A stretch of DNA of 64,000 nt from the human T2T-CHM13v2.0 reference genome, Homo sapiens. This document shows positions 1 through 15,093 of this stretch, piece after piece. The translations under genes and the position numbers were made by a program. The stretch lies in NCBI RefSeq assembly GCF_009914755.1, contig NC_060947.1; one strand, 5' to 3'. The notes under the pieces are model-generated. The model searched no databases. It was not told where the DNA came from and saw only the letters and a program-made list of their open reading frames with translations. How positions within the stretch are numbered: position 1 is the first letter of the stretch; each line of letters opens with the position of its first letter.

Positions 1-29
1 CAATAAATGGTAGTTATAATTATTAACAG

Positions 30-145
30 TTTCTACTACAATGTAAGCTCCATGAGGACAAGAACCATTGTATGTCCCCAGTGCCTAATATAGTGAATGG
101 TACACATAGTTGCTTGATAACTATTTGGGAAATGAATGGCTGAGT
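30..145 (+). mobile_element. L2 3' end fragment
   Basis: tgtaagctccatgagg...cagtgcct...acatag...gaatgaatgg resembles the L2 terminus; a second L2 tail at ~450-520 ends in (tgaa)n. Confidence 0.6.
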
Positions 146-904
146 GGTATGAGAAAGGCAAGTGACATGCTTCCTCAGTTCAAGACTAACTTTGCTATCT
201 GTTTTGTTTAACCTACTCTGGAGAGTCAAGAACGGTATGGGATCTCAACTGGAAGATAGTTAAGAGAATGGTTGGTGAAGGCCGAGAGACCAGCAGACGC
301 TCATAAGTCATGGAATGGTGGCTAACCAGTGTGTTTGCAGCATGGTATGAAAGGGAGAAAAGGGTGGGAAGAAAATGACAGGGAGTAATGCTAGAGTGGT
401 TGAATATGAGCCCCTCAGAAACAGGCACCAGGTCTTTTATGTTTGCGTTTGGTATACAGTACAGAGCCTGACACATAGAGGTTCTCAGTAAATGATGAAT
501 GAATGAATGAATGAACAAATGAGGCTGGTCCCAAACCACAGAGGACCTTTCATGCCTGGCTGAGGAATTTAAACTTGAAAGTCAAATGGACAATCATTGA
601 AGATTTGTAAAGTAGAGGAGTGTCATGAATAAAATCGTACTTTAGAGCTATAATTGACAGGATTGTTTGGGGGCCAGGGGAAAAGAGACAGGAAGCCACA
701 GGCACTTCAAACCTGATTCAGCTCCTAATTCCCAATCTCCATTAACACTATACCATCCTTTCCTTTACTCAAGCAAGAAATGTCAGTTTCTTCCCTTTCT
801 CTCATTACACAAATCTGTTCTATCAACTCTACCATAACAATGATTGACAGAGATATCCCTTTGTCTCCATTTCCATAGTCAGTGCCCTATTTCAGATGAT
901 CACC

Positions 905-1175
905 TTTTTTTCTTCTTTTTTTAAGACAGAGTCTCACTCTGTCATTCAGGCTGGAGTGCAGTGGTTCGATCTCGGCTCACTGCAACCTCTCTCGCCTGGG
1001 TTTAAGCCATTCTCCTGCCTCAGCCTCCACCATGCCCAGCTAATTTTTGTAATTTTGGTAGAGATGGGGTTTCACCATGTTGGCCAGGCTGGTCTCGAAC
1101 TCCTGACCTCAAGTGATCTGCCCGCCTCAGTCTCCCAAAGTGCTGGGATTACAGGCATGAGCCACTGTGCCCGTT
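905..1175 (-). mobile_element. AluS with ~28-bp internal deletion
   Basis: Antisense Alu; cagcctc joins directly to caccatgcccagc, skipping the ccgagtagctgggattacaggc segment. Confidence 0.9.
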
Positions 1176-1255
1176 CCAGATCATCAACATTTTTTTTTGA
1201 CTTAGTCTATTGGTTCGTTTCCTTACATCTTATCTTTCCATGCCATCATCTAAAC

Positions 1256-1596
1256 CGGCAGTCGCCAACTTTTTGGCATCAGGGACTGGTTTTGTGGGAG
1301 ACAATTTTTCCACGGGACAGGGGTTGAGGGGGATGGTTTCAGGATGAAACCGTTCCACCTCAGATCATCAAGCAGTTAGATTCTCATAAGGAATGCGCAA
1401 CCTAGATCCCTTGCATGCGCAATTCACAATAGGGTTCGCACTCCTATGAGAATCTAATGCTGCGGCAGATCTGACAGGAGGCAGAGCTCAGGTGGTAATG
1501 CTCACTCACCTGCCGCTCACCTCCTGCTGTGTGACCTGGTTCCTCACAGGCCATGGTCTTGGTATCAGTCTGTGGCCAGCGGTTTGGGGACCCCTG
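1256..1596 (-). mobile_element. MER1B (hAT-Charlie) non-autonomous DNA transposon
   Basis: Terminal ...ggtttggggacccctg, internal palindrome ttagattctcataaggaa...ctcctatgagaatctaa, perfect 8-bp TSD ATCTAAAC at 1248-1255 and 1597-1604. Confidence 0.88.
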
Positions 1597-1744
1597 ATCT
1601 AAACTGTCACCACAATATTCTTTCTAAGATGCAGTTCTGATGTTACTCTCCTACTCAAAACAGTGGTGATCTTGTATTATATATCAAAAATAAAGCGTTT
1701 ACCTCTTAGCATGGCATTTAGTAACTCTGCAAAGTAGTTTGCAG

Positions 1745-2170
1745 ATAAACTGAGGCTCAGAAAGGGAAAAGAAATTGCTTAGGATCATACAGGCATGCAG
1801 CGGTAGAACCAAGGTTAAAACCCTGGTCTCCTGATGCCAGTGATTTAGCCGTTATAAAGTATCTTCTAAAGAGGGGAGAAATGGTAGTACTGCATATGTT
1901 ACTAGAATGGTGAAATGGCAGTTACATAATTCTGTCTTCTGGGTGGGGCACATACTTTGAAACCCACACAAATGAGCAAAGATCCCTGTTCTACCTCTTA
2001 CTAGCTTTGTAGACTTAAAACAAGTAACTTAGCCTCTTGGAGCCTCCATTTCCTCATTTACAAAATGGGAACAAATCATCCCAATCTTATAGTAATGTTA
2101 TGAAGATTATATAAGATCTCATATATAAAGGGCCTAGCACAGTGCTAGATTCACAGGAGATTCTCAGTGA
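1745..2170. mobile_element. Two MIR fragments (~1745-1840 minus, ~1975-2170 plus)
   Basis: aaactgaggctcagaaag core; agcctccatttcctcatttacaaaatggg core. Confidence 0.65.
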
Positions 2171-2682
2171 GGGTCATCACCCACCCATACTCCCATTCCA
2201 GTGATCTAAAAACCAGTTTAAACAATGAGGGAAGTAGAATTCAAGATAGTAAGAATCTAGATGGATGCAAGATTCCAGGGTCTATTCCTAGTTCCGGGGT
2301 AGGAAATAACTATTTTTAGGGTCTTCTTCAATCAGGTTCCCTGCAAGTGGAAACCAAACTAGTGTTCTCCTGGGGCAACAGGTGGTCATATGTATGGGGA
2401 GACCCCTGACTAAAAAGCAGACCTTAAGCCCCGGTGCCCATAGTGTCCATGACTTGTCACTCCTCGTAGCTGAAGCATTATGAATTTTTATTAAAATGTA
2501 AACGTTTCCTAGGAGAGGCAGACGGCATACATATTAACTTTCTGGCCTGATTAGCCTTCACTTCCCTCTTTCTGTGAGTAGACTCTATAGCTCTGTGCTT
2601 TGAGCTCAAAGCATGCTCTGATGTAGGGGACCACCTTCCCCTACCCTTGGCCTTTTAAAATCCTACTCAACATTCCAGGCCT

Positions 2683-2975
2683 TGCAGGAACGGTGGCTCA
2701 TGCCTGTAATCCCAACACTTTGGGAGGCCGAGGCGGGTGGATCATTTGAGGTCAGGAGTTTGAAACCAGCCTGGCCAACATGGTGAAACCCCATCTCTAC
2801 TAAAAATACAAAACTTAGCGGGTGTGGTGGCGCACGACTGTAATCCCAGCTACTCGGGAGGCTGAGGCAGAAGAATCGCTTGAACCAGGGATCGGAGGTT
2901 GCAGTGAGCCGAGATGGCGCCACTGTACTCCAGCCTGGGCTACAGAGCGAGACTGTCTCAAAAAGAAAAAAAAAA
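2683..2975 (+). mobile_element. AluS, full length
   Basis: Dimeric Alu with A-tail; flanking attccaggcc repeat (TSD). Confidence 0.93.
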
Positions 2976-4126
2976 TTCCAGGCCCATCTTGAACACCACC
3001 TCTTCCAGAAGCCCACTGTGATAGTGCAGTCAGATCCTGCCTTCCCTCCTCTGTCTCCTCCCAGGGAGCCTCAAATCCTAGACTCTTTTGGTGAAACACA
3101 GGGAGCATGAAGCTTCTCGTTATATGGAGACCTGCCTTGAATTCTAGCTTGTCCTTGACTTGGCCCATGATCTTAGGCTAATAAATGCCTTGACCTCGTT
3201 GAGCCTCAGTTTTCGTGCAAAAAAGCAGGTAATAATAAACCTTAGGGCAATAAGGGACGTGCTCTGTTCGGGCAATGCCTTCCCTGCTGAGTGGCGTGGC
3301 CCTGTGATTTTTGAATTTGGCTGATTCCTCTCATATGGCAGCGCAAGCCCCTCAGGACGTCTATATCCTTCCACCCAGCTCCGCCAGCCCTCAGGTGCTT
3401 AATGACTGTATTTACAGGCATCTAGCGCAGCCACGCAGCCCCGGAGCTGCATCACCTCTGGCTATGCAGTCTTTCACTTATCAGGAGGGTTAATGAGATG
3501 CAGGGTAGAAAGGTCTTGCCACTCGCCCGCCCGCTCGTGGAAGCCGAGTAGCTTGGTAACGACACCACGACTTCACGTTTAGTGCATTAGACGCGTAGAC
3601 CCTTAGGGGAGGCAGAGCTTCCCGGTATCGCCGAGCGGGCCCTGAGGGCTGAGGCTGGGCACCCCTGCGCACCCCTGCTGAGTGCCCGGCCACCAGAAAG
3701 ACAGATCCCCCACCTTTCCTTCTCCCTGACCCGGCGCGCTTCCTGGGGAACAAACTCTCCCTTACCCTCAGTGGGGCTGGGGCCTCAGTCTGCGACATAC
3801 AGTGGGACTCCCATGTCTGCATGCCTGAGGTGGGCGGAAGGGGGCGGTGGGTGCTGGGAAGACATCCGTCCGCTTGCAGCTCCGCTGAGTCTCCAGCACC
3901 TGAAAAGCCGCGGCCGAGGCCTGAGGGACCAGCCCAGCCGAGATATCGGGGGCGGGGCAGCCCAATCCCAAACTGGCGGCTGGACCCGACTCCAACTCGT
4001 TCCTCCTAAGTCCGGGACAGATTGTCGGGAGGAGCTTGAACTGAGCTTCGGCTCCCGACTGGGCCTGGGCCCGGCCCCCACTGGTGCCACCTCCCTCCCT
4101 TCCTGGCCCGGCTCCTGGCCCACACT

Positions 4127-4192
4127 CGGCCCTGGCCCGGCCCTGGCCCGGCCCAGACCCGGCCCGGCCCTGGCCCGGCCCAGACCCGGCCC
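4127..4192. repeat. GC-rich minisatellite (27-bp unit GGCCCTGGCCCGGCCCAGACCCGGCCC x~2 plus 11-bp subunits)
   Basis: Direct reading; appears as RAGSGPGQG x2 in the ORF track. Confidence 0.8.
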
Positions 4193-4812
4193 TCTGCGGC
4201 TCCTCCGGGCTCCAGGTTGGCGCAAACAAAGCCCTGATTGACTGCCCGGAGGGGCGGGCCTCGCTGCATGGCCGCCTCCTCCCCTCCCAGGCCGCCAGGG
4301 ATTTGCCGGGAAGAGCGGGGGCAGGGGGAGACTCCCGGGGGTGCGCAGGACCGCGGGGGGCCGAGTCCTCGGGCTCGAGAAGATTGTGTCCACCCGCTGT
4401 CCGAGGCCCAGGCTGTCCCCTCAGGTCGTCCTCCTCAAGTCCAAGGAGGGACATGGGAGCTCCTGAGGGCAGGGTGGGGTTCCTCGCGGGCCAGCTGTCG
4501 TCCTAGGGTCCCCGGTGCCACCTCAGTTGCGGGCTGCTTGTGAGGAAGGAGGGTATGGGAGCAAAAAATAGGAGGGGTCTTCCCGAGGCTCGGGGTTGAT
4601 CAGTGTCGGTTCTAGAGCCTGCGGGGAAAAGAGGGCAGGAGAACAGGATAGTTTGTGCTTCCTTTTTTCCATTTTAACTTTTCCTCTAACGGGCATCCGG
4701 GCAAGAACAGGGTTCAGTAGTTTGGGAAGGGAGCTGGGGGAGGCAGTGGCGGCTGGAGTAGGTAGGCGAGTAAAAGGAGGAGGAAGGGCTGGGGAGAAGA
4801 GCGAGGCTGTAG

Positions 4813-5775
<963 letters not shown>

Positions 5776-8319
5776 TGATCCTTGGCAAGCAATGGACTTT
5801 TTTTTGCCCTGGGACAAATCTAAATGCACCTTTCAGGTTTAAGGTACCTTTGCCCCTGTGTGCTGGGGGAAAATATTTGCAGGACTTTTTTTTTTTTTGG
5901 AGGTGGGGAGAAGTCATGAGGAGAGGAGAGAATTGAGAGGCGGGGCGGGCTCTGAGAGAAGCACTGTACCGCTGATCTCCGCAGCAGCCCCCCGGTTCCT
6001 TTGGGGAAACGGAGGTGTTTTCTGTTAAAAACACTTTAGGAATCCTGATGACTATGAGCGAAGAGTCAAACACATGGCAGGCGTGCGTGTCTGCAAGAGA
6101 GAAAGGGAGGGAGGGAGTTCGAGTCGGGGTGTGAGTGCGTCTCTGGCCGCCGCCGTTACGGCCCAGCTGGGCCCGGCAGTCCTCTGCCGCCCCGCGGGAG
6201 TGAATGGATCTCCGTGCCCTATGAGCCGAGCCCCAGAGCGGGCGGGGAGGCGGTCTCCGCAGTCTCCTGCCAGAGAGGCGTGAGGCCGCAGGCAGGCTGG
6301 GCCCTGCTGCTCACTCCGCACCGCCCCCAACTTCAGCCCTGCCTTCCCCGGCAACCCGCGCCTCTCTGCTACCGGTGGGGTGCCTCGTTCGGCCTACAGC
6401 CTGAGTGCCAGACCCGCCATTCCAGCTTTCCCCTGGAGCTGACTTGATCTCAGACAGAGTTGGGGGGCATAGCCCTCGCTTTCCAGGCCAGTGGACGCAA
6501 GACCCCAGGCGTGTGCGCTCTTCTCATTGAGGCCGCCTGTGAGCTGGGAGAAGTCAGAGGAACCATCTCGCTTTCCCAGCAAAGCCGCTGGCGAAATCCC
6601 TCAGCAGTTCTGGTGAGGGATTCAGACGAAGACGGGGGATTGGGATGCCCTCTCTGGCAAGGCTTGCTCCCTCTCGTGGCTCCTCAGGACAGCTCGACTC
6701 TTGCCACCAGCCCCAAGTTCACAACTCAGAATATGTGGCTTTTCGCAGTGTTGCCCTCGGACTGAGGAGTTCCATCCTCTCGCCAACCTCCAACCCCCAC
6801 ATATTTCTACTGCCATTTGAGGGGACCTGGGAATTATTAAGTGAACATAGAAACCTTGAATTCTGGAGTGTCCACCTGTGGATTCCCTGGGCCCTCTCCA
6901 GGACTTGTGGTTTTAGTTTGCAGCTTTGCTGGACTTCCCTGGCAGAAGGGGCTTTGGGGATCTTGGTGCCTCAGACCTTGTGATCCATTGGCACAGCAGC
7001 GGTGTGCAGGCCCCGATGAAGATAGTGCGTCAGTGGTTGTCAAAGGAAGTCTCTTGACTACCCAGGCCCACTGTGATGCTGGAATGGAGGGGTCCTGGGA
7101 CAGTGTAGAGCAACTTCTGCGGGGAAGATGGCTGCCACAGTCACCCCTGGGACCACCTTTTTCCCTGCTTTGATGCAGTTCAGGGGCTCCTGGGAAAGCA
7201 GGCAGTGTAGGGACTCATGCTGTTGCCTAGGTTACCTCCAAGGGCACCTGCTGAGCATTGCCCTGTGGTTGAAGGCAGGCTGTTGGCCTTCAGGATCAGT
7301 GAGTGGCAAAGTCTGAGTGAAACTTGATGAGAAGCAGTAGAGGCTAGGCTGAAGCTAGGCCCTGGCATTTATATGGTGTGAGGAGGCCTAGAGCTGTGAT
7401 CTTAGGAGTGTATAATAAAACTTGGAAAAACCACTATTTTACCAGGAAGAGGCTCACTGCTGGGGAACAGACTTCAAAGTAGGTGATCATAGGGGACTCA
7501 GGGGGAGGGCTGGCTGGGACTTTCCGGTCAAGACCTCACAGTGCAGCTAGAGGGTGGGGGTGGTGGTGGGGGTGCAGTTGGCTATGCAGAGGTGTGGCTA
7601 GTGCATACTCTGACACAGACCAGGTTCACTGAGGGGCTGAGGTCACTGGTTTAAATTATAGTGAGTATAGGTCAGGAAGAAACAGAAAGGAATTTGGTAT
7701 GTCCCTAGGGTCTCAGAATACTTTGGCTTGGGTCCTTGCTGTGGTGTATCTTGAACTCACTGACATTATTTTTTATACTAGAGGTTCTTAGGGACACCAC
7801 AGTTTTTATTTTGGAAAAGTCAGGAACACCCTATCACATGGAGCTCCTAGAAAATCTCATCCTCAGTACTACCTTTGCTGAGCTCTTCAACTTTCCCAAG
7901 CAACCATTCAGATCCTGAGATTCTGAATGTCTTTGCCTGCAGACACTTTCTGCTGTTTACTCAAAATTTCCCAGCCGTCTGTGCCACAGCACTGGTGTCT
8001 CAAAGGGATAGAAGAAGCTAATAGAAGTTTGTGTCATTTTTATCAGCCAGTATTTGTCCAATAGCCATTCTGGGAGAAACAGAATGTACACCCCCACGCT
8101 CAAGGAATTTGGTGCATTGTCCATTTTTATTAATATCTGACATGACTTCCATCTCTAAGAGTCTATGAATTTGGTGTTTGGAGGCACCTCGTAACCCAAT
8201 TTCTCTTTGACTAGGCCTAATATCTTCACAGACCTAAAGCTGTGTTGAGTGGCTTAATGGGTGGAAGGTCCTGCAGATGATTGGGATTGTTGTGAGGAAG
8301 CCCCACAGAAAGGTAGTTT

Positions 8320-8599
8320 CTTATACTTTATTTTTAGAGATGGGATCTTGCTCTGTTGACCAGGTTGGAGTGCAGTGGCGCAGTCATATTTCACGACACC
8401 TTCAAACTCCTGGGCACAAGCAATCGTCCCACCTCAGCTTCTCAAGTAGCTAGAACTACAGGCATGCGCCACCACACCTGGCTAATTTTTATTTATTTAT
8501 TTATTTATTTAAAAACAGACTCTTGCTATGTTGCCCAGGCTGGTCTCAAACTCCTGGCCTCCAGCAGTCCTACTGCCTCAGCCTCCCAAGTAGCTGGGA
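8320..8599 (-). mobile_element. AluJ, 5'-truncated
   Basis: Diverged antisense Alu; TSD AGAAAGGTAGTTT at 8307-8319 and 8600-8612. Confidence 0.85.
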
Positions 8600-11222
8600 A
8601 GAAAGGTAGTTTTGATGTTTGAGGAACAGCTCCACATCAGAGTGCCTCTGGGCATGGGAAAAAGCCACAGAAGTTAGAAGGGATATGGGATTCAGGCCTT
8701 ACTAGAGCATGCAATGTGCAGTTTTTGTGGACCCTTTGATGTATACAGTTTTGTGGTGTCACCAGCTGTATATCTTATCCCCTCTCTTCACCAGTTTTGG
8801 AGGAAAGCCAACTTTCCCTGGGTCCTAGGCTTGGGTGGATTGGCAGGCAAAAGGTCCCTGAGAGGGAGGCAAGTGATCAAACTCTGGTTTAGTGAAAAAA
8901 GGAAAAAGATCAGGAGGGAAATGAGCCTGTATTTCTTGCCAAGATCATGGGAAATTTGTGAGTTCCCCAACCCAGACCAAACAGCAGACAGGACAGGAGG
9001 CAACCAGGCAATTCTGTGGAAAGTAAAGGCCCAAGCATAGCTTCTTGGGGTGGTAGGGAAGCCTTTTGGAGGAAAGAGGGGAAAGAGAAGCAAGACGCCA
9101 TTGATTGTAGGCCCCAGCTCAATATTGGGACCCTAAGTGAGTTGGACCTGCAATAGGGTTAGGGTTGGGAGTTCAGAGGACAAGGCAGAACAAGCCAGAG
9201 TTGCTAACATTGGCTCTATGCTTAAGTCTTTTTAAAAGTACTCCAGAGTAAAACTTGACTGCCGGTCCACCATTGAGCCAAAAAATATGGAAGGCATTTT
9301 TGTTTTACTGGGCAGTTTATAAGCATGGTCCTTGTAAGCTCCCAAGGGGGGTCAAGGCTGAGGCTCTCATCACCAGAGAAAGGGACAATGGTCAGGAAGG
9401 TTCACTACTAGGCACAAGATAGTTCAGGCTGATGGTCCACTCTGATGGAAACAGAATTTTCTAGGCATGGGGAAGAATGATACACTCTGCCTTTGGGTGA
9501 ACCAAGAGTCCCAAGGTTGGGTGGGGCCAGGTAGAGTAGGCTGTCTTTCTCCTTCTCACCTTAGGGGTTTTCATTGCTTGGTTCAGTGTCTCACTGGACT
9601 GTAACACTAAATTGCTGACTTTGGGAGCAAAGTGTATTTTGAGCAAATCTGCCAATCTCTTGACTTCAGCTGAAGGCTCTTGACTACTGTCCAGCAGAGC
9701 TAGATCAGGTTGGCTTAGCGCCTGCTGTGGTGCTTCAAGCCACACAGCCCTTGGCCAGGCATCTCTCACGTCATTCCCCTGCCCCCTTTCCAACCAAATG
9801 GGATCTTGAACTATGACCATGACTGATACTGAAAGGGATGAGAATAAGAGATTGGGTCATTTGGAGGCCAACCAGGAGGATGCTTGTTTGAGTTGGGGTA
9901 GCTGGTTGAGGCTGGATGCCTGGATCACTGTACAGTGGCCTCAAATGCTCATTCTAAGTCTAAAAAAGCAAGACCCAGGGCCAAATCTGGACTCCCCAAA
10001 GCTGGCAGTCTCAGTGATACCAGCTAGGCAGTAACTGTGACTTAGACAACTTGTGCCCCTAACTTATTCTGTGACTTTGGACAGGCACTTCACCTCTCTG
10101 TATGTCAGTTTATCTATCTATAAAATGAGAGGGTTTGACTAAATAAACTTTCTAGCCCTACCATTCTATCCTTCTAAAATTATGTGATATCTTATTCTTT
10201 ACTATTCATATGTCATACATTTTGACTCATTTAAGTAAATAAAAGTTCGTTAAGCTGCCTGAATGACAGTGAGGATGGATTGGGAGAAGATTGGGAAAGC
10301 AAGGAAAAGCCCTATATACATCATTTCCCCACGTCATTTGTATTTAAAGACTATGGGGCTGCCCATGGGTATAGATGTGTTTAAAAATTACCCAATCCTT
10401 TTTACCTAGTATGTAAGGGCAACCCTGCATGTGGAGCTGCTTCTTCCAGAGTGTCCTGATTGGTATAGAGCTGGGTCTCCAAGAGAACTCCCTGGATTTG
10501 GCAGGCAAGCAGGGTGGGTCTGTATGCTGCTGTTTTCCAGCGTTTGAACCTGTTCCTCAAAAGTATTAAATTATAAACATTTCCTCAAGCCTCAGTTTGG
10601 ACCCCTCTTCTGAAACTGAATTTCCCACAGCACAGTCTTATTTCTCAGAAATGCATAGTCAGTGTGACCTTGGTTTGCTGTTACTTCCAGCTAGCAGAGG
10701 AAACGGATTCCTAAATGAGGTTCCCTTCAGAGGTCTTCAAACAGGGCGTTTTGATAGCTGGCTCAGGGCCACTGCCTGGATCCTGCTGTGGTGGGGTTGG
10801 GGAGGGTTGCTACTGTGATCCTGGAGAAGGCCCATTAGATGCCCACAATCCCTGGTCAACTGCAGCGTCAGGGCTTAGCTGAGAGTGTGCCTACGGAAGT
10901 AGCAGGCACAGAGCTCTCTTTCCTTTTCCTTGGAAGTCATTGGCCGTATTGCCTCCAGCCCATGAAGAGTAAACAAGCAGCTGGACTGTCAACATTTGTA
11001 GAAGTATATAAAGGATGCCATATCAACCTTTTGAGCAGACCAGTTTCCCAGGAAGATGCACTGCTTTTCCCACCAGCCTCATTTTATGGTTTTGTTGCAT
11101 TTTGAAAAGATGAAAACTACTCTTTTCAGATTGTGTGAATGACGGAGTGGGATTTCCTGTCTTGAAAGGTGTTGTCTCACTTGAGATTGAATGAATGAAC
11201 CCTAGAGAAAAGGCTTTGTTCT

Positions 11223-11261
11223 ACACATATACACATGTGCGCAAGCGCATGCGCACGCGTG

Positions 11262-11302
<41 letters not shown>
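11223..11302. repeat. Alternating purine-pyrimidine tract (CG/CA/TG) ending in (CA)n
   Basis: acacatgtgcgcaagcgcatgcgcacgcgtgcacgcgcgcgcacacac... Confidence 0.9.
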
Positions 11303-11304
<2 letters not shown>

Positions 11305-12518
11305 ATACCCTACACCCTAAGCCATAGATTATGAATATTCCATCTGAAATAAGTCATTTCCCATCTGTTCATGGAATTAGGTGTACCAGAGGCTTCTGTA
11401 AAGATTATGCTGTACTAGTGCAAAGGAACCAGACTAAGAAGCTTGCTAGGCGAGAGTGATGAAAAGAGTATGGCCAGCCTGGATTGTACCTCTTGAACTG
11501 GACCCATTTGCAACTCCCCAGCAGTGGGGCTGGGAAACTTTATTGCAAGTCTCTTTCTCCCTTCATCCTCCTGTATCTCTCCCAGTATTCAAATATTACT
11601 GGGAAGCGGGTTTAGGCAACCCCAGCTCTCTCTGGCTTTAGGGGTGACAGAAGACTAAACCTAGAGAGATTTCATCACCTGCCTGAAGCTGGGTGCTATG
11701 GTAGATAATGTGAAATCGCTTGACACCTCCTTGTGGATGGGGAATGTGGCCTGTTTGGGTGGCTTGAGGAAGTGCAGCCTCTTCACCCTAGGAGTCTCAC
11801 CCTCTTTTATCCTCAACTTCGCTCCAGTTTCCAGCATTGGTGGGAGAAGGGATGAAATTGGCTGTCCCAATCACATATTTTCTCAGCTTCTCCTACTTTC
11901 ACAGTGCATTTTTTATCACGTTTGCTATATGTGCCATACCCTTTTTTCCCAGTATTGTTCCCTCTTTTCTTTTTCTTCCTACTGCTCAGTTAGAGGAACA
12001 ATTGGGGTTTGGGATGTTGTATAGGCCCAACTCCTGCCAGAGTCACAGGCCCACTCCTACACATCCTACAGAGGCCTCCCTTCCCCCTTTCCCCTTCCTT
12101 TCCTCTCTTACTTTCCACTTTCTGGGTGAAGGGTGACTTTCGATGGAGCACTCAAGAGTGTGGAAGCCATCACCTCTGGATTTTCGCATAAAGATAGCTG
12201 CTATGACACCCTTTTTGTCACTTCTACACCTCTTTCCACAGCCCTAGTAACCCAGCTCAGAAGGTAGTATTGTAGAAAGTCTTACTCAATAATATTCAAC
12301 AAATGTCGTCATTACTTGTATTCCTTTCTTTTCAAATCCTGACTATCATTGTCCCCCATCTCCTGGGCCAGCTGAACTTCCAGAGATTTCATACTGGTTT
12401 TTGGTAGCTTCCGTGTTTCTGGTTCATTCTATTTTGAGCCCCTGACATCTATTTTCTTGCCAAAACTGCTGCACAATTGGTTGTAGAGGGGTCAGAGAAG
12501 GGAGAAGACAGACACTCA

Positions 12519-12945
<427 letters not shown>

Positions 12946-13196
12946 GTGCCTTCAGGGAGGGTGGAGGTGGGGGAGTGAAGCTCCCAGTTTAGTTGCTCTT
13001 CTGCTTTTACATGGCTGAAGGGGAAAAGAAAGGGAAATGTTGCCAAACAAGCAATGCCCATACCATCTTTTTCCTCAACTTAACCCATGGATCTCCTCAC
13101 CTACCCGCTTATCCAGACTGGAAGGATATATGCATGCACTCATGTGTCCAGACCTATGTGTATGTGTGTACAGCAGGGTGTGTGATGTCTGTCCAA

Positions 13197-13440
13197 GCCG
13201 GTTAGCACAGTTACTTAGAACATGGTGCCTATGAGACTGAGGTCACAGGTTCAGTCACTTGTTCAGGTCACTGGGCTTCTCACAAAGAAAAGAGCTCTTC
13301 CTTTGTTCATGGCCCATGTCCCTTGTGTGGAGGTGTCACTAATGCTAGGGGAGACCAGGTAGAAGAATAGAGATGACTTCTTATAAGCCTTCCCTGCTAC
13401 TGGGAAAAAAATGTGAAGCACACAGCCTAATGATGGCTGC
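13197..13440 (+). mobile_element. tRNA-derived SINE (MamSINE1-like) with a decayed tRNA-Ile(AAT)-like head
   Basis: gccggttagcacagttacttagaacatggtgcctatgagactgaggtcacaggttc aligns to tRNA-Ile GGCCGGTTAGCTCAGTTGGTTAGAGCGTGGTGCTAATAACGCCAAGGTCGCGGGTTC; the body ...ctactgggaaaaaa...gatgg resembles the recalled MamSINE1 consensus. Confidence 0.65.
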
Positions 13441-13544
13441 TCTGCTGCATTCCACGGTGGAGTTTCGTTGACATTTACCTCCTTACATCTGCCTAATATG
13501 CACCCTAATAAGTATAATAATAGTGGTGGTAGTAATAGTAATAA

Positions 13545-13785
13545 TAATTGCCAACATTTATTTTACATTTAGCAATTAAGTCTGTGCGAGGCACTATACT
13601 AAGCACTTTACATGTACCAACTTATTTTAATTCTCAACAACCGTATGAGGTAGGTACCATTATTTCCTCTATTTCACAGATAAAGAGAAGCACACAAATT
13701 AAGTAACTTGCTCAAACTCATAGCAGATAATGGCTGAGCCAGGATTTGGACCCAGACAGTCTGAGTTTAGAACTCCTGCTTTTAG
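13545..13785 (-). mobile_element. MIR
   Basis: aggcactatactaagcactttacat...gaggtaggtaccattatt...tttcacagat...aagtaacttgctcaa...gagccaggatttgga. Confidence 0.75.
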
Positions 13786-14037
13786 ACCTCACCTAAGACA
13801 TAGTGAAGGTGTAGGGGGCAACTACCAAGGGAGTTGCAGTTTTTCATTCCTGTACCTTCCGGCATCCTTATGACTCAAGGATAAAAAGAGATGACCAAGA
13901 AGTGGTTAATAAATCAAAAGATTGATAGTCTCATGATACATGGCATACTCTTCTAACTACCCATTTTACTCTACCCAGATCTATATGCAAAGCGTCATAA
14001 TTCTTGAGTCCAAAAGGTCCATAGAAACTTTCTCTTC

Positions 14038-15093
<1,056 letters not shown>

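Noticed and set aside
1370-1460. Inverted repeat ttagattctcataagga...ctcctatgagaatctaa
   Set aside because: Intrinsic internal palindrome of MER1B, not a novel structure
13197-13270. Possible tRNA-Ile gene
   Set aside because: D-loop GG, anticodon arm and B-box (GTTCGA) are mutated, and it continues into a SINE body
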